A stretch of 64,000 nt of DNA from a virus, in the IMG/VR virus record IMGVR_UViG_3300035683_000002, positions 9,117-73,116 of that record; one strand, written 5' to 3'. A program made the translations under genes and the position numbers. Under the pieces are notes generated by a model. That model saw nothing but the letters and a program-made list of their open reading frames with translations. It did not search any database and had not been told where the DNA came from. Of the stretch, positions 1 to 9,428 are shown in pieces; position 1 is the first letter of the stretch; each line of letters begins with the position of its first letter.

Positions 1-306
1 GAGATCCCGGAGCCGCTCGACAGCATCCAGCGCTGGCGGGTGGTCGACGGTGCGGTGGTGCCGCGTGCGGAGATGGCCCTCACGGTGTCGGCAGACACGT
101 TTCCCGCCGACGGCACGAGCGCCTGCGTCATCTCGGGCCTGCCCGATCCCTGCACCGTCGAGATCTCCGGCAGCTTCACCGTACCGCCCACCCCCGTCAC
201 CGGTGGGGCAATCACCCTCACCACCAGCCAGCCAGGCGTGCTTACGATCCGGGTGACGGCAGATCCCCACTACCTCTCAAAGGAGATCACCCTCCATGCA
301 GTTTGA
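1..306 (+). CDS. Phage tail-region protein, C-terminal part (5' truncated by window)
   Basis: Frame 1 is open from base 1 (EIPEPLDSIQRWRVVDG...) to TGA at 306. It is beta-rich and lies upstream of a tail-chaperone-like gene and a holin. Confidence 0.55.
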   Translation, partial: EIPEPLDSIQRWRVVDGAVVPRAEMALTVSADTFPADGTSACVISGLPDPCTVEISGSFTVPPTPVTGGAITLTTSQPGVLTIRVTADPHYLSKEITLHAV

Positions 307-763
307 CCTCGGCCCCGACCTGCCCGCGCTGAAGACGAAGCTCAGCGTGAAGGTCGACCAGGACGCGGAGGCCGCGCGGCTGGCCTTCATCACGGGCGGC
401 TCCGGCCAGGCGATGGAGTACGAGGCGACCGAGCGCGAAGCCCGCGCCTATGTCGCGGCCTACGCCGCGGCGCAGGCGGCCGCGCCGACGCCGGAGGAGT
501 TCGTCGACCCCTACGTCGCGGCCCTCTATCCCTTCATCGAGGCGGAGCGCCAGGCGGTCTACGGCGCCACCGGCACGCTGCCGGACGCCTTCCCCACCGC
601 CCAGGTCGTGGTCGCCGAGGCCAACGGCTGGTCGTACGTCGGCGCCTCCATCAAGGCGAAGCGCCGCGGCGCGAAGATGGCGATCGCCGCCGCCACCACG
701 GTCGGCGAGGCGCACGCCGCCGCCGCGGTCGTCTGGCCGACCCCGGCCGACTTCGCCGGCTGA
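296..763 (+). CDS. Phage tail-associated protein (tail fibre assembly-like)
   Basis: 155 aa, ...GQAMEYEATEREARAY... pattern typical of small genes after alphaproteobacterial phage tail fibres; overlaps the upstream stop. Confidence 0.55.
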   Translation: MQFDLGPDLPALKTKLSVKVDQDAEAARLAFITGGSGQAMEYEATEREARAYVAAYAAAQAAAPTPEEFVDPYVAALYPFIEAERQAVYGATGTLPDAFPTAQVVVAEANGWSYVGASIKAKRRGAKMAIAAATTVGEAHAAAAVVWPTPADFAG

Positions 764-812
764 TACTCCGGCCGCGCCATCCCGGCGCGGCGACCCCTCC
801 GAGGACAATCCG

Positions 813-1475
813 ATGTCTGAATCTGACGCGCTGAACGCGCGTGAGCTTGCGCGCCTGCGCCCTGGCGCCGGCGGCGGGCCCGACTGGCGCGACGCCGTGC
901 AGGCGGTGGCGCCGATGGTCGCCACCGCGCTCGGCGGCCCGCTGGCGGGCGCCGCGGCGGCCGTGGTGGGCCGGGTGCTGCTCGGCCGGGGCGAAGACGC
1001 CGCCACGAGCCTCCCGGAGGCGCTGGAGGCGGTCCAGGCGGCCACCACCACGCCCGAGGGCCTGGCGCGGCTGAAGGAGGCCGAGGCGCGCATCCTCGAG
1101 CTGAAGACGCAGCTCACCGTCGAGCTCGGCCGACAGCAGCTCGAGGACCGGAAGGACGCCCGCGCCCGCGACGTCTCCGCCCGCGACGGGATGAACACCT
1201 GGCTCGCGAAGATGACGGTCTTCACCTTCGTGCTGACCGCCTTCGCGGTGGTCGTCGGCAGCTACTTCATCCTGACGAACCGCGACTTCCTCGAGCTCGC
1301 CAAGTCGAACTTCGAGATGACGCTCGCCGTCAACTCGATGCTGACCCTCATCGTGAAGGCGGTGCTCGACCGCTACCACGACACCCACCAGTACTACTTC
1401 GGCTCCTCTGCCGGCTCGCGCGACAAGGGCGACACGCTCAACGCCGTCGTCGTGGGGCAGGGGGCGAAAGGCTGA
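813..1475 (+). CDS. Holin-like membrane protein (3TM holin type)
   Basis: ATG 813 after GAGGA. VAPMVATALGGPLAGAAAAVVGRVLLG, then EDRKDARAR, two hydrophobic segments and YYFGSSAGS, as in 3TM/GTA-type holins. Confidence 0.7.
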   Translation: MSESDALNARELARLRPGAGGGPDWRDAVQAVAPMVATALGGPLAGAAAAVVGRVLLGRGEDAATSLPEALEAVQAATTTPEGLARLKEAEARILELKTQLTVELGRQQLEDRKDARARDVSARDGMNTWLAKMTVFTFVLTAFAVVVGSYFILTNRDFLELAKSNFEMTLAVNSMLTLIVKAVLDRYHDTHQYYFGSSAGSRDKGDTLNAVVVGQGAKG

Positions 1476-1627
1476 CGCCCTTCCGGCCGCCCCGGCCGCG
1501 AGAGGAGCCCCGATCCCTCTGAGCCGTGCCTACCGCCGGGCCAGGCCGGACCCGGCCGGGGGATGGTCCCCCGGCCGGCCGATCTCACCACCACCATAGG
1601 AGACAAGTCGTGCTTCCGTTCGACGCG

Positions 1628-1753
1628 ATGCCAGCCTTCGACCTCGTCTGGCTGGTCTACTTCGCCCTCATCGCCGCGGCGGTGGTCTACTTCGCCGGCC
1701 TCCGCCGACGGCGCCACCGCAAGGGGCCGGACGGGGCGCCGCCGGCCGCATAG
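1628..1753 (+). CDS. Small single-pass membrane protein
   Basis: MPAFDLVWLVYFALIAAAVVYFAGLRRRRHRK: hydrophobic helix followed by a basic tail. Confidence 0.45.
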   Translation: MPAFDLVWLVYFALIAAAVVYFAGLRRRRHRKGPDGAPPAA

Positions 1754-1778
1754 GCCGCCGAGGCCCCGAAATGCATCA

Positions 1779-1827
1779 GGCCCGCCGGGCCCCAGGGGTA
1801 ATTCCCTGGGGCCCGGCGGGCCTTTTT
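1779..1827 (+). terminator. Rho-independent terminator ending the tail/holin operon
   Basis: Perfect 19-bp stem GGCCCGCCGGGCCCCAGGG / CCCTGGGGCCCGGCGGGCC, 6-nt loop, then TTTTT. Confidence 0.9.
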
Positions 1828-1885
1828 CGCGTCCGCACAACCACCGCTCGTCCTGCTGACGGTATCGCGCGAGGCGGCCTCGGGT

Positions 1886-2254
1886 TCACAGCTTCCCAAT
1901 TTTCCCCGGTGTCCAGTGGGCGAGGAGGAATGCACAGGCGCGCTCGACCTCGTCCTGGGGGATCCGGTGGCGCCAGAGCCCGCCCTGCAGGATGAGGCTG
2001 TCCCGGCCCTCCCCGGGGGACACCGCCAGCACGAGCTCCTGCCCGTTCTCGGTCCGCAGCGTCATGGACAGCGGCGGGATGCGGCCGGGCAGGGGGCGCG
2101 CGGCGAGGTTCACCCCACGCTGCCTGAGCGGCGCGCCACGGCCGAGGCGGCCGGGGCATGACGGGCAGCACGCCTCTCGCGCGGCCGTCTCCGGCAGCAC
2201 CGCCGTGTATTCGCAGCTGCCGCATTCGAGCTCGACGAGGGGCTCCTCCGTCAC
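1886..2254 (-). CDS. Hypothetical phage protein with N-terminal CxxC...CxxC zinc ribbon
   Basis: ECGSCEY...CCPSCPG; GTGA start/stop overlap with the upstream gene. Confidence 0.6.
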   Translation of the reverse strand: MTEEPLVELECGSCEYTAVLPETAAREACCPSCPGRLGRGAPLRQRGVNLAARPLPGRIPPLSMTLRTENGQELVLAVSPGEGRDSLILQGGLWRHRIPQDEVERACAFLLAHWTPGKIGKL

Positions 2255-2475
2255 CGCAGCAGCTCCGCCTCGCCCTCTGGGGTGAGGGAGATCGTCCGGG
2301 TCTCGCGATCGACCGCGACCAGCGCCGGGTCGGCGACGAGGTCGAACCAGAGCCGTGACCCGATCGGGTCGAAGTCTTCGAGGAAGCGGGCGAGCGTCGC
2401 CCCGCCGCCCGTGTTGCGGACGTACTCCAGCGCCTTCCGCGTCTCGCCCGTGATGACCCTAGCCGACGAGCTCAT
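2251..2475 (-). CDS. Hypothetical phage protein
   Basis: 74 aa, translationally coupled to neighbours. Confidence 0.6.
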   Translation of the reverse strand: MSSSARVITGETRKALEYVRNTGGGATLARFLEDFDPIGSRLWFDLVADPALVAVDRETRTISLTPEGEAELLR

Positions 2476-3073
2476 ACCCGTGCTCCCTGATGACCCGCTT
2501 GGCGGGGCGGGGGAAAGCCCACGCGCCCTGCCGTTCCACCACGTCGTGGAAACGCGCGATGAGCCTCGTGTGCAGCAGGTTCAGCCCGTCATTCTCCTCG
2601 CACCAGATGTCGTGCCACGCGTAGTCCCAGCTCGCGCCCCCCGGGTCCCAGGTGAGGGCGTCGGCTTGATGCAGCGTCAAGCGCTCGCACCCCCGAAATG
2701 ACGTCCCGACCGCGCGGAGGATGTGCGGGCAGAGCTCGACCACGTCGACGTGCTCCACCTCGCGCTTCGCGAGAAGGCCGCGCACGACGCAGCCGAGGCC
2801 GAGGCCGGTGACGAGCACCCGGCCACGCGCGGAGAGCAGGATCGGCAGGTGCCGCGCGAGCTCGCGCCGGCTGTCCTCCATGACGACCTCGCCGTAGTGG
2901 CGGTGAAGCGTGCCGAGCGTCGGCCGGCCGAGGAGGGTGATCGTGGACCAGCCGGTGCGCCGCTGCATGTAGGGGTCGGAGATCGCCTCGCGGCCGATGA
3001 TCCAGGGCCCATAGGTGCCGCTCCGCACGTTCTGCGGCACGCGGCAGGCCTGCAGCAGCTCGGCGGGGGTCAC
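2459..3073 (-). CDS. Class I SAM-dependent methyltransferase (spermidine-synthase-like fold)
   Basis: RVLVTGLGLGCVV motif I, VDVVELC, HQADA, DYAWHDIW. Start GTG 3073 overlaps the upstream TGA. Confidence 0.75.
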   Translation of the reverse strand: MTPAELLQACRVPQNVRSGTYGPWIIGREAISDPYMQRRTGWSTITLLGRPTLGTLHRHYGEVVMEDSRRELARHLPILLSARGRVLVTGLGLGCVVRGLLAKREVEHVDVVELCPHILRAVGTSFRGCERLTLHQADALTWDPGGASWDYAWHDIWCEENDGLNLLHTRLIARFHDVVERQGAWAFPRPAKRVIREHGYELVG

Positions 3074-3303
3074 GCCGGGGGCGCCGGGGAAACACTCGCG
3101 CCCCCTGTGTCCCGGCCCTTCACCTTCCACAGCGGCCACAGGAAGCCGCGGCCGAGGAGGCTGCCGCAGAGGCACGCCCAGGTCTCACCCGGTCGGGCCC
3201 GCCCGTACTTCGCCACCATGTTCATGTTCATCACCGTCAGCCCAACCGCGCGGAAGACGCGCATGTGGAGCGGCGGGCGTTCGGCCTCCTGATGGTCGGT
3301 CAT
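3070..3303 (-). CDS. Hypothetical phage protein
   Basis: ATG 3303 (MTDHQEAERPP...), coupled to neighbours. Confidence 0.5.
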   Translation of the reverse strand: MTDHQEAERPPLHMRVFRAVGLTVMNMNMVAKYGRARPGETWACLCGSLLGRGFLWPLWKVKGRDTGGASVSPAPPA

Positions 3304-3506
3304 GCGAGCGGCCTCCTCGGCTTCCCGTGGCACTTCAGGCGCGGCCCCTCGCAGCCCCAGCAGGGGTGCCGGCCGGCCTCGACCTCTGCCATGGCGACGA
3401 TCCCACCGAGGAGACAGGTGCGCGGGACGTACCCTCCCATCTTCGCCACCCCGAGGGCGTGGTCGTCCGGGTCGGCCGCGTCCTGGTCGAAGTAGTGCGG
3501 CTTCAT
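3300..3506 (-). CDS. Hypothetical phage protein (Cys-containing)
   Basis: 68 aa, 4-nt overlaps at both ends. Confidence 0.55.
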   Translation of the reverse strand: MKPHYFDQDAADPDDHALGVAKMGGYVPRTCLLGGIVAMAEVEAGRHPCWGCEGPRLKCHGKPRRPLA

Positions 3507-3931
3507 CTCTTCTCGGGTGTGGTCTCACGGGTGCGCCCGGTGTCCTTCACCGAGATGAGGTACTCGCGCCCGCCGATGAGGACCCAGAGGTCGGCCACTC
3601 CCATGCCGCCGCCTCTGTCCATCGACGATCCCCTGTCGGCGAGGGCTCCCTTCAGGAATCCGCGGATCTCCTCGCGCACGGTGAGCGCGTTCCATGTGTC
3701 GCCCGTCACCTCAGCCCCCTGAGCGTGCGGGGGTGATTGCTCGAGGGTTCGTCCCGCGGAGCGATGGTCCCGCTCCAACTGCTCGACCGCCGACCGGATG
3801 AGCAGCTGGCCCAACGGCCAACCCAGTCGTCGGCTGAGATCCTGCAGGCGGCCGATATACGGCGCCATCTCGCGATATGCCGCCGCCTGCTCCCCGATCA
3901 GCCGCGGCGACGGGGCCTCTTCCTCGCTCAC
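3503..3931 (-). CDS. Hypothetical phage protein
   Basis: 142 aa, coupled overlaps. Confidence 0.55.
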   Translation of the reverse strand: MSEEEAPSPRLIGEQAAAYREMAPYIGRLQDLSRRLGWPLGQLLIRSAVEQLERDHRSAGRTLEQSPPHAQGAEVTGDTWNALTVREEIRGFLKGALADRGSSMDRGGGMGVADLWVLIGGREYLISVKDTGRTRETTPEKR

Positions 3932-4173
3932 GGGCGCCTCTCTCCCCGGCTCGATGCGGGTGGGGCCGCGACGCTGGCGGCGCCGGGTCGTAGCTCCCGC
4001 AGCGTCTTCAGCACCGCCGACATCGCGCGGATCTCGGCATCCGCCCTCTCGCCTGTCATGCGCCGCTGGGCGATCCGCTCCGGGTAGACGCGCCGGCGCA
4101 TGACGATCTCCCGCTCGACGCAGGCGATCTGCGCTTCGAGCGGAATCGGCGCGTCGGGAAAGAGGTCGTTCAT
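3928..4173 (-). CDS. Conserved hypothetical phage protein
   Basis: EAQIACVEREIVMRRRVYPERIAQRRMT...EIRAMSAVL pattern, common in proteobacterial phages. Confidence 0.65.
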   Translation of the reverse strand: MNDLFPDAPIPLEAQIACVEREIVMRRRVYPERIAQRRMTGERADAEIRAMSAVLKTLRELRPGAASVAAPPASSRGERRP

Positions 4174-4607
4174 GCGCGCCCCGCCGCCCCGATGCCGACC
4201 GGCTGGGCGATGTTCACCGCGCGGCCGCCGTCGCTGAGGTCCTCCATCCAGACCTTGCACTCGCGGATGCCCCCGGTGAAGCCGAGTTCCTCCGCGATCA
4301 TCCAGACCGCCTCCGGCGTCGGCACGCGGCCGTCGGCGCGGGAGGAGACGCTCAGGTGCCGCGCGGTGCCCATCGGGTGACCGGTCTCGATCGAGAGGGT
4401 GACGACGTAGCGCGTCGGGATGGTGACGCTCTGGCGCGTCATGGCGTCGCGGTGCGCCTCGCGTCCCTCATCGGTTTTCATCCTGACGAGGAGGTCAGGC
4501 ATGTGGACCGGCGCCGCGGCGGCGGCCTCGCGCAGCGCGTGGAGCTTCGCGCGCTCCGGCTCGCCGATCACCAGCGCGCCGGCCGGCAGCTCGAACGTCT
4601 CCATCAC
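4170..4607 (-). CDS. Hypothetical phage protein
   Basis: 145 aa, ...RHLSVSS..GRVPTPEAVWMIAEELGF...; good coding bias. Confidence 0.6.
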   Translation of the reverse strand: MMETFELPAGALVIGEPERAKLHALREAAAAAPVHMPDLLVRMKTDEGREAHRDAMTRQSVTIPTRYVVTLSIETGHPMGTARHLSVSSRADGRVPTPEAVWMIAEELGFTGGIRECKVWMEDLSDGGRAVNIAQPVGIGAAGRA

Positions 4608-4740
4608 CCTCTCCCCTCGATCGCCGGCACGGCCGGGGGCTTCGGCAGCATCTCGCTCGACTGCACCCGCTCCAGCACCGGGATGTGAATCCCGTGCTCG
4701 TCGGCATCATGCCGTCCTCCATTCCGGACGCTAGCTAGAC

Positions 4741-4754
4741 CACAAAACTTTGTG
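4741..4754. promoter_or_regulatory. Operator CACAAAACTTTGTG at a divergent promoter region
   Basis: 6-bp-arm palindrome between the leftward (1886-4607) and rightward (4876-9733) gene blocks; same motif as the cro/cI site. Confidence 0.75.
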
Positions 4755-4875
4755 CGAAAACACCGGGGATCAGTGGACGTGACCAGCATGACGCAGGCGC
4801 GCAGCGCGGTGGAACCGGCTCCCGAAGGGGCGCCGGCGATGGTGATTCCGGCGGCGGAAGGCGCGTGCCCTCCGC

Positions 4876-5106
4876 ATGTCTAAGGGCCCGCTGCTGATCC
4901 CGCTGACGCAGGCGGATGTCGCGCTGCGCCGCACCCTGCACCATGCCCGCCGCCTCGCGCGAGAGGCCTGCGCGCGGCTGCACGCCATCGGCAGCTGCGG
5001 CGCCAAGCCGGGGCAGCAATGCATCGGCTGCCCGCGCCGCGCGCTGCCGGTGATGCATGCGGCGGTCGAGCTCGCCGCGCGCGACAGCGCGAAGAGGCCG
5101 CGATGA
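4876..5106 (+). CDS. Hypothetical phage protein (Cys-rich C-terminus)
   Basis: 76 aa, first gene of the rightward block. Confidence 0.5.
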   Translation: MSKGPLLIPLTQADVALRRTLHHARRLAREACARLHAIGSCGAKPGQQCIGCPRRALPVMHAAVELAARDSAKRPR

Positions 5107-5645
5107 TCTTCAAGGGGCGCCCCTATTTCTGGAAGCTCGTCGGCCGCACACCGATGCCGTGCCGCGACATCGAGGAGTGGGCGCGGACCTTCGGCGAGGA
5201 TGACCCGCATGTCCGCCTCACCTCGATCCCGAACGGCCCCGACATCTCGACCGTGTTCCTCGGCTGCGACCACGCCTTCCTCGGCCGGGGCCCGCCGATC
5301 CTCTTCGAGACGATGGGCTTCGGTGGCCGCGCCGATGAGACCCAGATGCGCTACGTGACCTGGGAGGAGGCGGTGCGCGGCCACGGGATCTTCGTCCGGC
5401 GCTTCCTGCCGTCCTGGCGCGACCCGGAGCTGGAGGAATACCCCGCCCTCGGCGTCGCGGCCGAGTTCACCCAGGTGCTGGAGGGCAGCGGGGTCCCGGC
5501 GAACCAGCAGAGCCTTCTGCGCGCCGCGGCAGAGGAGATGGAGCGGAAACTCTCGAGCGTCGACCGCGCCGATCTCCGGCGCCAGCTGGAGGAGCTGATG
5601 CGCCACATCGAGAGCGGCGACACGCTGGCGGGAGCAGGGGCATGA
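5103..5645 (+). CDS. Conserved hypothetical phage protein
   Basis: ATG 5103; ISTVFLGCDH...PILFETMGFGG pattern, common in phages. Confidence 0.65.
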   Translation: MIFKGRPYFWKLVGRTPMPCRDIEEWARTFGEDDPHVRLTSIPNGPDISTVFLGCDHAFLGRGPPILFETMGFGGRADETQMRYVTWEEAVRGHGIFVRRFLPSWRDPELEEYPALGVAAEFTQVLEGSGVPANQQSLLRAAAEEMERKLSSVDRADLRRQLEELMRHIESGDTLAGAGA

Positions 5646-6010
5646 AGGAGGGGGGACAGCTGACATCGGCCGTCGACCTGCGCATGTCGCCGGATGGCAC
5701 CTGGTGCGTCGCGGTGACGCTGGAGGGCTTCTCCCGGCGCGAGGACGCGCGGGCGGTGGCCGAGAACCTCGCGAGGCTCCTCAAGGGGGTCGCGCTCCGG
5801 GAGCAGGTCGCGCAGACCAGCCGCGCGGCGATCGAACGGATGATCGCCGGCGCGAAGTGCAGCGAAGAGGTCCGGGCGGAGGCGCGACTGGCGGTCGACG
5901 CGCTGATGGCGACGACCCAACCGGACGACATGCCGGTGCTGCAGGGGATCGTGGCGGAGATGGTCCGCAAGCTCGAGGCGGGCGAGAGCTTCGAGGACTG
6001 GAGGCGGTGA
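5642..6010 (+). CDS. Hypothetical phage protein
   Basis: 122 aa, ATGA overlap. Confidence 0.6.
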   Translation: MKEGGQLTSAVDLRMSPDGTWCVAVTLEGFSRREDARAVAENLARLLKGVALREQVAQTSRAAIERMIAGAKCSEEVRAEARLAVDALMATTQPDDMPVLQGIVAEMVRKLEAGESFEDWRR

Positions 6011-6312
6011 CCCGCCACCTCGCCAACGGCATCCTCTTCACGGAGGAGGGGGAAACCGGGACCGTGCCGCTGCCGCCCGGCCACCGCTTCGTGGCCTTCG
6101 GCCGGAGCGAGCGGCCCCGCCTCATGCCACCGAAGACGCCAGGAGAGTACGAGATCGGGATCAAGGGCGTCTTCGACGCGGGGACGCTGCCGGTGCTGCT
6201 GCTGGCGGTGCGGGAGGAGATGGTGCCGACGTTCCTCGAGCTGCCGGCGGAGAAGCTCCGGGAGATGATCAACCGCATCTCGGCCGCCGTGGCCGGCGGA
6301 GGCACCGCATGA
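6007..6312 (+). CDS. Hypothetical phage protein
   Basis: GTG 6007, GTGA overlap; MTRHLANGILFTEEG... Confidence 0.55.
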   Translation: MTRHLANGILFTEEGETGTVPLPPGHRFVAFGRSERPRLMPPKTPGEYEIGIKGVFDAGTLPVLLLAVREEMVPTFLELPAEKLREMINRISAAVAGGGTA

Positions 6313-7082
6313 CGTCGATCGGCGCCGGGGTGGTGATGGAGCACGAGCGCGCCATCGAGGACTACCGGCGGATCATCACCGAGCAGTCACGCCGGATGCT
6401 CGGCGGCCGCCGGCCGGATGGAGAGGGGCTCGCCGGGGTGGTGGCGGGGCTGCTGGTGGAGATCGACCACGCCTCGGCCAACGCCCTCGCGGGGCACGCG
6501 GGGCGGGGCGAGACGGTCGGCTGCAGGGCGGGCTGCGCCTTCTGCTGCTTCCAGGAGGTGACGGTCAGCACCGCGGAGCTCGCCCTCATCGCCTTCGGCT
6601 TGAGGAAGGGGGATCGCGCCCGGGTGATCGAGCGGGCCCGGGCCACGCTCGCGCGGACAGGGGAGGGGGGGAGCACCGAGCGCCATCGCCGCTCCATCCC
6701 CTGCCCCCTGCAGCACGGCAACCGCTGCGCGGTCTACGCGATCCGGCCGCAGGCCTGCCGGACGCATTTCTCCCTCGACCGGAAGGCCTGCGAGGCCGAG
6801 TGGGACAACCGTGCGAAGGACGTCGCCGTCTCCGGCGTGCCGATGCCGACGGCGCCGAAGGCGATCGGCTTCGCGGCGATGTCCGGCCTCGACGTCGCGC
6901 TGCACGAGCTCGGCCTCGAGATCGAGCTGGTGGAGCTGGCGGCGGGGCTGCCCGTGCTGCTCGCCGAGGGCGCGCTGGAGCGCTGGCTCGCCGGCGAGCG
7001 CCTGTTCCGCGAGGCGATGACCTTCACCGCGGACGGGCACCGCTACTCGGACTACCTCGAGCTGCTGAGGAGGGGCGAATGA
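6309..7082 (+). CDS. YkgJ-family cysteine-cluster (Zn/Fe-chelating) protein
   Basis: CRAGCAFCC ... CPLQHGNRCAVYAIRPQACR. Confidence 0.8.
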   Translation: MTSIGAGVVMEHERAIEDYRRIITEQSRRMLGGRRPDGEGLAGVVAGLLVEIDHASANALAGHAGRGETVGCRAGCAFCCFQEVTVSTAELALIAFGLRKGDRARVIERARATLARTGEGGSTERHRRSIPCPLQHGNRCAVYAIRPQACRTHFSLDRKACEAEWDNRAKDVAVSGVPMPTAPKAIGFAAMSGLDVALHELGLEIELVELAAGLPVLLAEGALERWLAGERLFREAMTFTADGHRYSDYLELLRRGE

Positions 7083-7285
7083 GCCCGGCATGGATGGGCG
7101 GATTTGGCCTGGCGATGCTCCTGATGGCGGGCTTCATCGGGATCGTCGGCGGCTTCCCGAAGGGCACCTGGGGCCTGATCTGCCTCGGCTTCGGCGGGGG
7201 CGTCTCGATCGCCACGGCGATCTGGTGGAGCCGCGCGGGCTTCGACCCGACGCGGCCGCCGAAGCGGGAAGGGGAGGAGGGCTGA
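7079..7285 (+). CDS. Small two-TM membrane protein
   Basis: MSPAWMGGFGLAMLLMAGFIGIVGG...LICLGFGGGVSIATAIWW. Confidence 0.6.
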   Translation: MSPAWMGGFGLAMLLMAGFIGIVGGFPKGTWGLICLGFGGGVSIATAIWWSRAGFDPTRPPKREGEEG

Positions 7286-7530
7286 TGCCCGAGATCACTG
7301 AGGAGGCGAGGGACTTCCTCCAGCGCCTGGTGGTGCAGCACGTCGACGAGATCCTCGAGGATCCAGGCTTCCTGCTGACGCTCGAGGCGGGCCCGCAGGG
7401 GGGGATGGACATGCTGCGGCGCGTCGTGGCGGGCCTCGGCCTCGACCTCGACCGGCTGCTCGAGCGCGGCACGCCCTACCAGCGCGACCGGCTGAAGGCG
7501 ATCCTCGCCGGCGCCGTGGGGGTGGGCTGA
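7285..7530 (+). CDS. Hypothetical phage protein
   Basis: TGATG overlap; MPEITEEARDFLQ... Confidence 0.55.
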   Translation: MPEITEEARDFLQRLVVQHVDEILEDPGFLLTLEAGPQGGMDMLRRVVAGLGLDLDRLLERGTPYQRDRLKAILAGAVGVG

Positions 7531-7531
7531 G

Positions 7532-7783
7532 ATGGGCGAGGACGCGAAACGGAAGGCGCTCTACGAGCAGCTGCAGTTGATGGTCGGCGGCCACCCCGTG
7601 GACATGGCCGTCGAGGCGCTGGCGGACAGCTTCGTCGCCGGCATCGGCCAGATCGCGAAGGACCTGCCCGAGGGCGAGCAGCTGATCGACAGCTTCGCCT
7701 CGGCCATGAAGCGGACCCTCCGGGACAACTGGGCCTACTTCGTCGAGGTCCGGGCCGCGTCCGGCGGGACGGGGCGGGCATGA
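7532..7783 (+). CDS. Hypothetical phage protein
   Basis: 83 aa, good coding bias. Confidence 0.6.
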   Translation: MGEDAKRKALYEQLQLMVGGHPVDMAVEALADSFVAGIGQIAKDLPEGEQLIDSFASAMKRTLRDNWAYFVEVRAASGGTGRA

Positions 7784-8094
7784 GCGGTCTCCTCGCGTGG
7801 CAGCACGACGGCGACCGCTGGTACGCCGAGCTGCGGGGCCGGGAGCACGACTATGGCGACGGCCGGCCGGAGGAGGACGTCTTCCCCGTCTGGCTCGAGC
7901 GGGACGCCGACGGCTGGTCGGTGACCGTCGAGCACGGAAGCCGCGGCGGCGGCGGCACGCCGATTGGCCTGGTGGCCGGCCTGTCGCTCTACGGCGCCCA
8001 GGAGAAGGCGGCCGCGCTCGCGCGGGCTTTCCGGGCCGAGTGGGAGGCGAGCGCCGACGCGGGCGCCCGCAAGCGGGAGAGCGCCCATGGGTAG
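7780..8094 (+). CDS. Hypothetical phage protein
   Basis: 104 aa, ATGA overlap. Confidence 0.55.
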   Translation: MSGLLAWQHDGDRWYAELRGREHDYGDGRPEEDVFPVWLERDADGWSVTVEHGSRGGGGTPIGLVAGLSLYGAQEKAAALARAFRAEWEASADAGARKRESAHG

Positions 8095-8911
8095 CGCGGG
8101 CCGCTCCTACCTCACCTGGCTTGCCGCGGTCGCCCGGCGGTCCGACGGGGATGCGATCGAGGTCACGGACGTGATGGAGATCCCGCCGGGGAATTCTCCA
8201 GTCAACGCCACCGCGGCCGAGCGGCGGGCCTTCGAGCTCATGCGGCCGGCCGAGGATGCGGGCCTGGCGAGGCTCAAGGTCACGCCGCTGCGGAAGCCGC
8301 CGACCTGGTGGGAGCTGACGCCCGCCGGCAGGGAGGCGGTGAGGATGCCGGCGCCGGGCAGGGCGGTGCTGCCGGAGATCCCCGCGGCGGTGCTGGTGCA
8401 GGGCTCGTGCCCGCTGGTCGGGCCGATCGAGCCCGGCGAGGTCTTCGCCTGGGAGCCGGACAAGCCGCACGCCCGCGAGCTCCTCGTGGTGGTGCGGATC
8501 GAGGAGCGGCCGGGCGACGAGCGGTTGATCCACAGCCGCCCGATCGGCGCCTCGCCATGGGGGAGGATCGACACCAGCGGCAACGACGAGAGCCGCTTCC
8601 GCGAGGCGTGCTGGCGGACGATCTATCACCCCCATCCGCCGATCCCGCCGCTCGTGGCCAAGGAGATGCCGGAGAGCCTGCAGCGGCTGTTTCACGAGAG
8701 CTTGCCGGGGGACGGCGAGGCGGGCGCGTTCTGGCGGGGCCTGCTCGTCCGCTACATGGCGAAGGTGATCGACGCGGAGGAGGATAGCCTCGCCGATCGG
8801 CCGTCGCCGGGGGTACGGCTCTCGGCCGATGACCTGGCGCGGTTGAGCGCGCTCGAGCCGATGGCATTGGAGCTGATCGACCGCCCGCTGGTCCGTCGGA
8901 GCGACCCCTGA
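8087..8911 (+). CDS. Hypothetical phage protein
   Basis: ATG 8087 (MGSAGRSYLTW...), 274 aa. Confidence 0.6.
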   Translation: MGSAGRSYLTWLAAVARRSDGDAIEVTDVMEIPPGNSPVNATAAERRAFELMRPAEDAGLARLKVTPLRKPPTWWELTPAGREAVRMPAPGRAVLPEIPAAVLVQGSCPLVGPIEPGEVFAWEPDKPHARELLVVVRIEERPGDERLIHSRPIGASPWGRIDTSGNDESRFREACWRTIYHPHPPIPPLVAKEMPESLQRLFHESLPGDGEAGAFWRGLLVRYMAKVIDAEEDSLADRPSPGVRLSADDLARLSALEPMALELIDRPLVRRSDP

Positions 8912-9156
8912 TGCCCCCTCCCGAGCCAAAGCGGATCGACGCGCTCTACGCCTGGGTGGCCACCGAGCCCGATGGGGGGGAGGGGGTGTGCGGCGCGGAC
9001 ATTCCCGCGCTCGGAGGGATGGTGCCGCTGGTCGGCGCCGACCTCGAGCGGATGCGCAGCCTGCGGCCCTACGCGGAGCTCACCCGGCGGGCGAGCGGCT
9101 GCAGGGTGCGCCTGATCGGCTTCACCGGGCGGTTGGACATCGAGGAGTTGCCATGA
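8911..9156 (+). CDS. Conserved hypothetical phage protein
   Basis: IDALYAWVA...GEGV...MVPLVGADLERMRSL pattern. Confidence 0.6.
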   Translation: MPPPEPKRIDALYAWVATEPDGGEGVCGADIPALGGMVPLVGADLERMRSLRPYAELTRRASGCRVRLIGFTGRLDIEELP

Positions 9157-9428
9157 AGCGCCGTGGGCTGCTGCTGGGGCTGGCGGGTATCGTCGCGGCG
9201 CCGGCGATCGTGCGGGCCGGCGGACTGATGCCGGTGCGGGTGCTGCCGCCGGAGCCGCTCGTATGGACCGCGATCCTCGATGCCAACATCGTCGCGGCCC
9301 GCGCGATCACCTGCAGGCGGGTCTCACTCGACGACCCGGGAGGCCCGCTCGCCGGCCTCACGGGAGACATCTGGGTGAACGACGGGCGGCTCTACCGTCA
9401 GGCCGACGAGGAGCTGGTGCTGCTATGA
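9153..9428 (+). CDS. Phage protein with twin-arginine-like N-terminus
   Basis: MKRRGLLLGLAGIVAAPAIVRA. Confidence 0.55.
   Translation: MKRRGLLLGLAGIVAAPAIVRAGGLMPVRVLPPEPLVWTAILDANIVAARAITCRRVSLDDPGGPLAGLTGDIWVNDGRLYRQADEELVLL

Noticed and set aside
4604-4789. Small CDS between the operator and 4607
   Set aside because: Two competing short frames with no clear RBS or motif; left uncalled.
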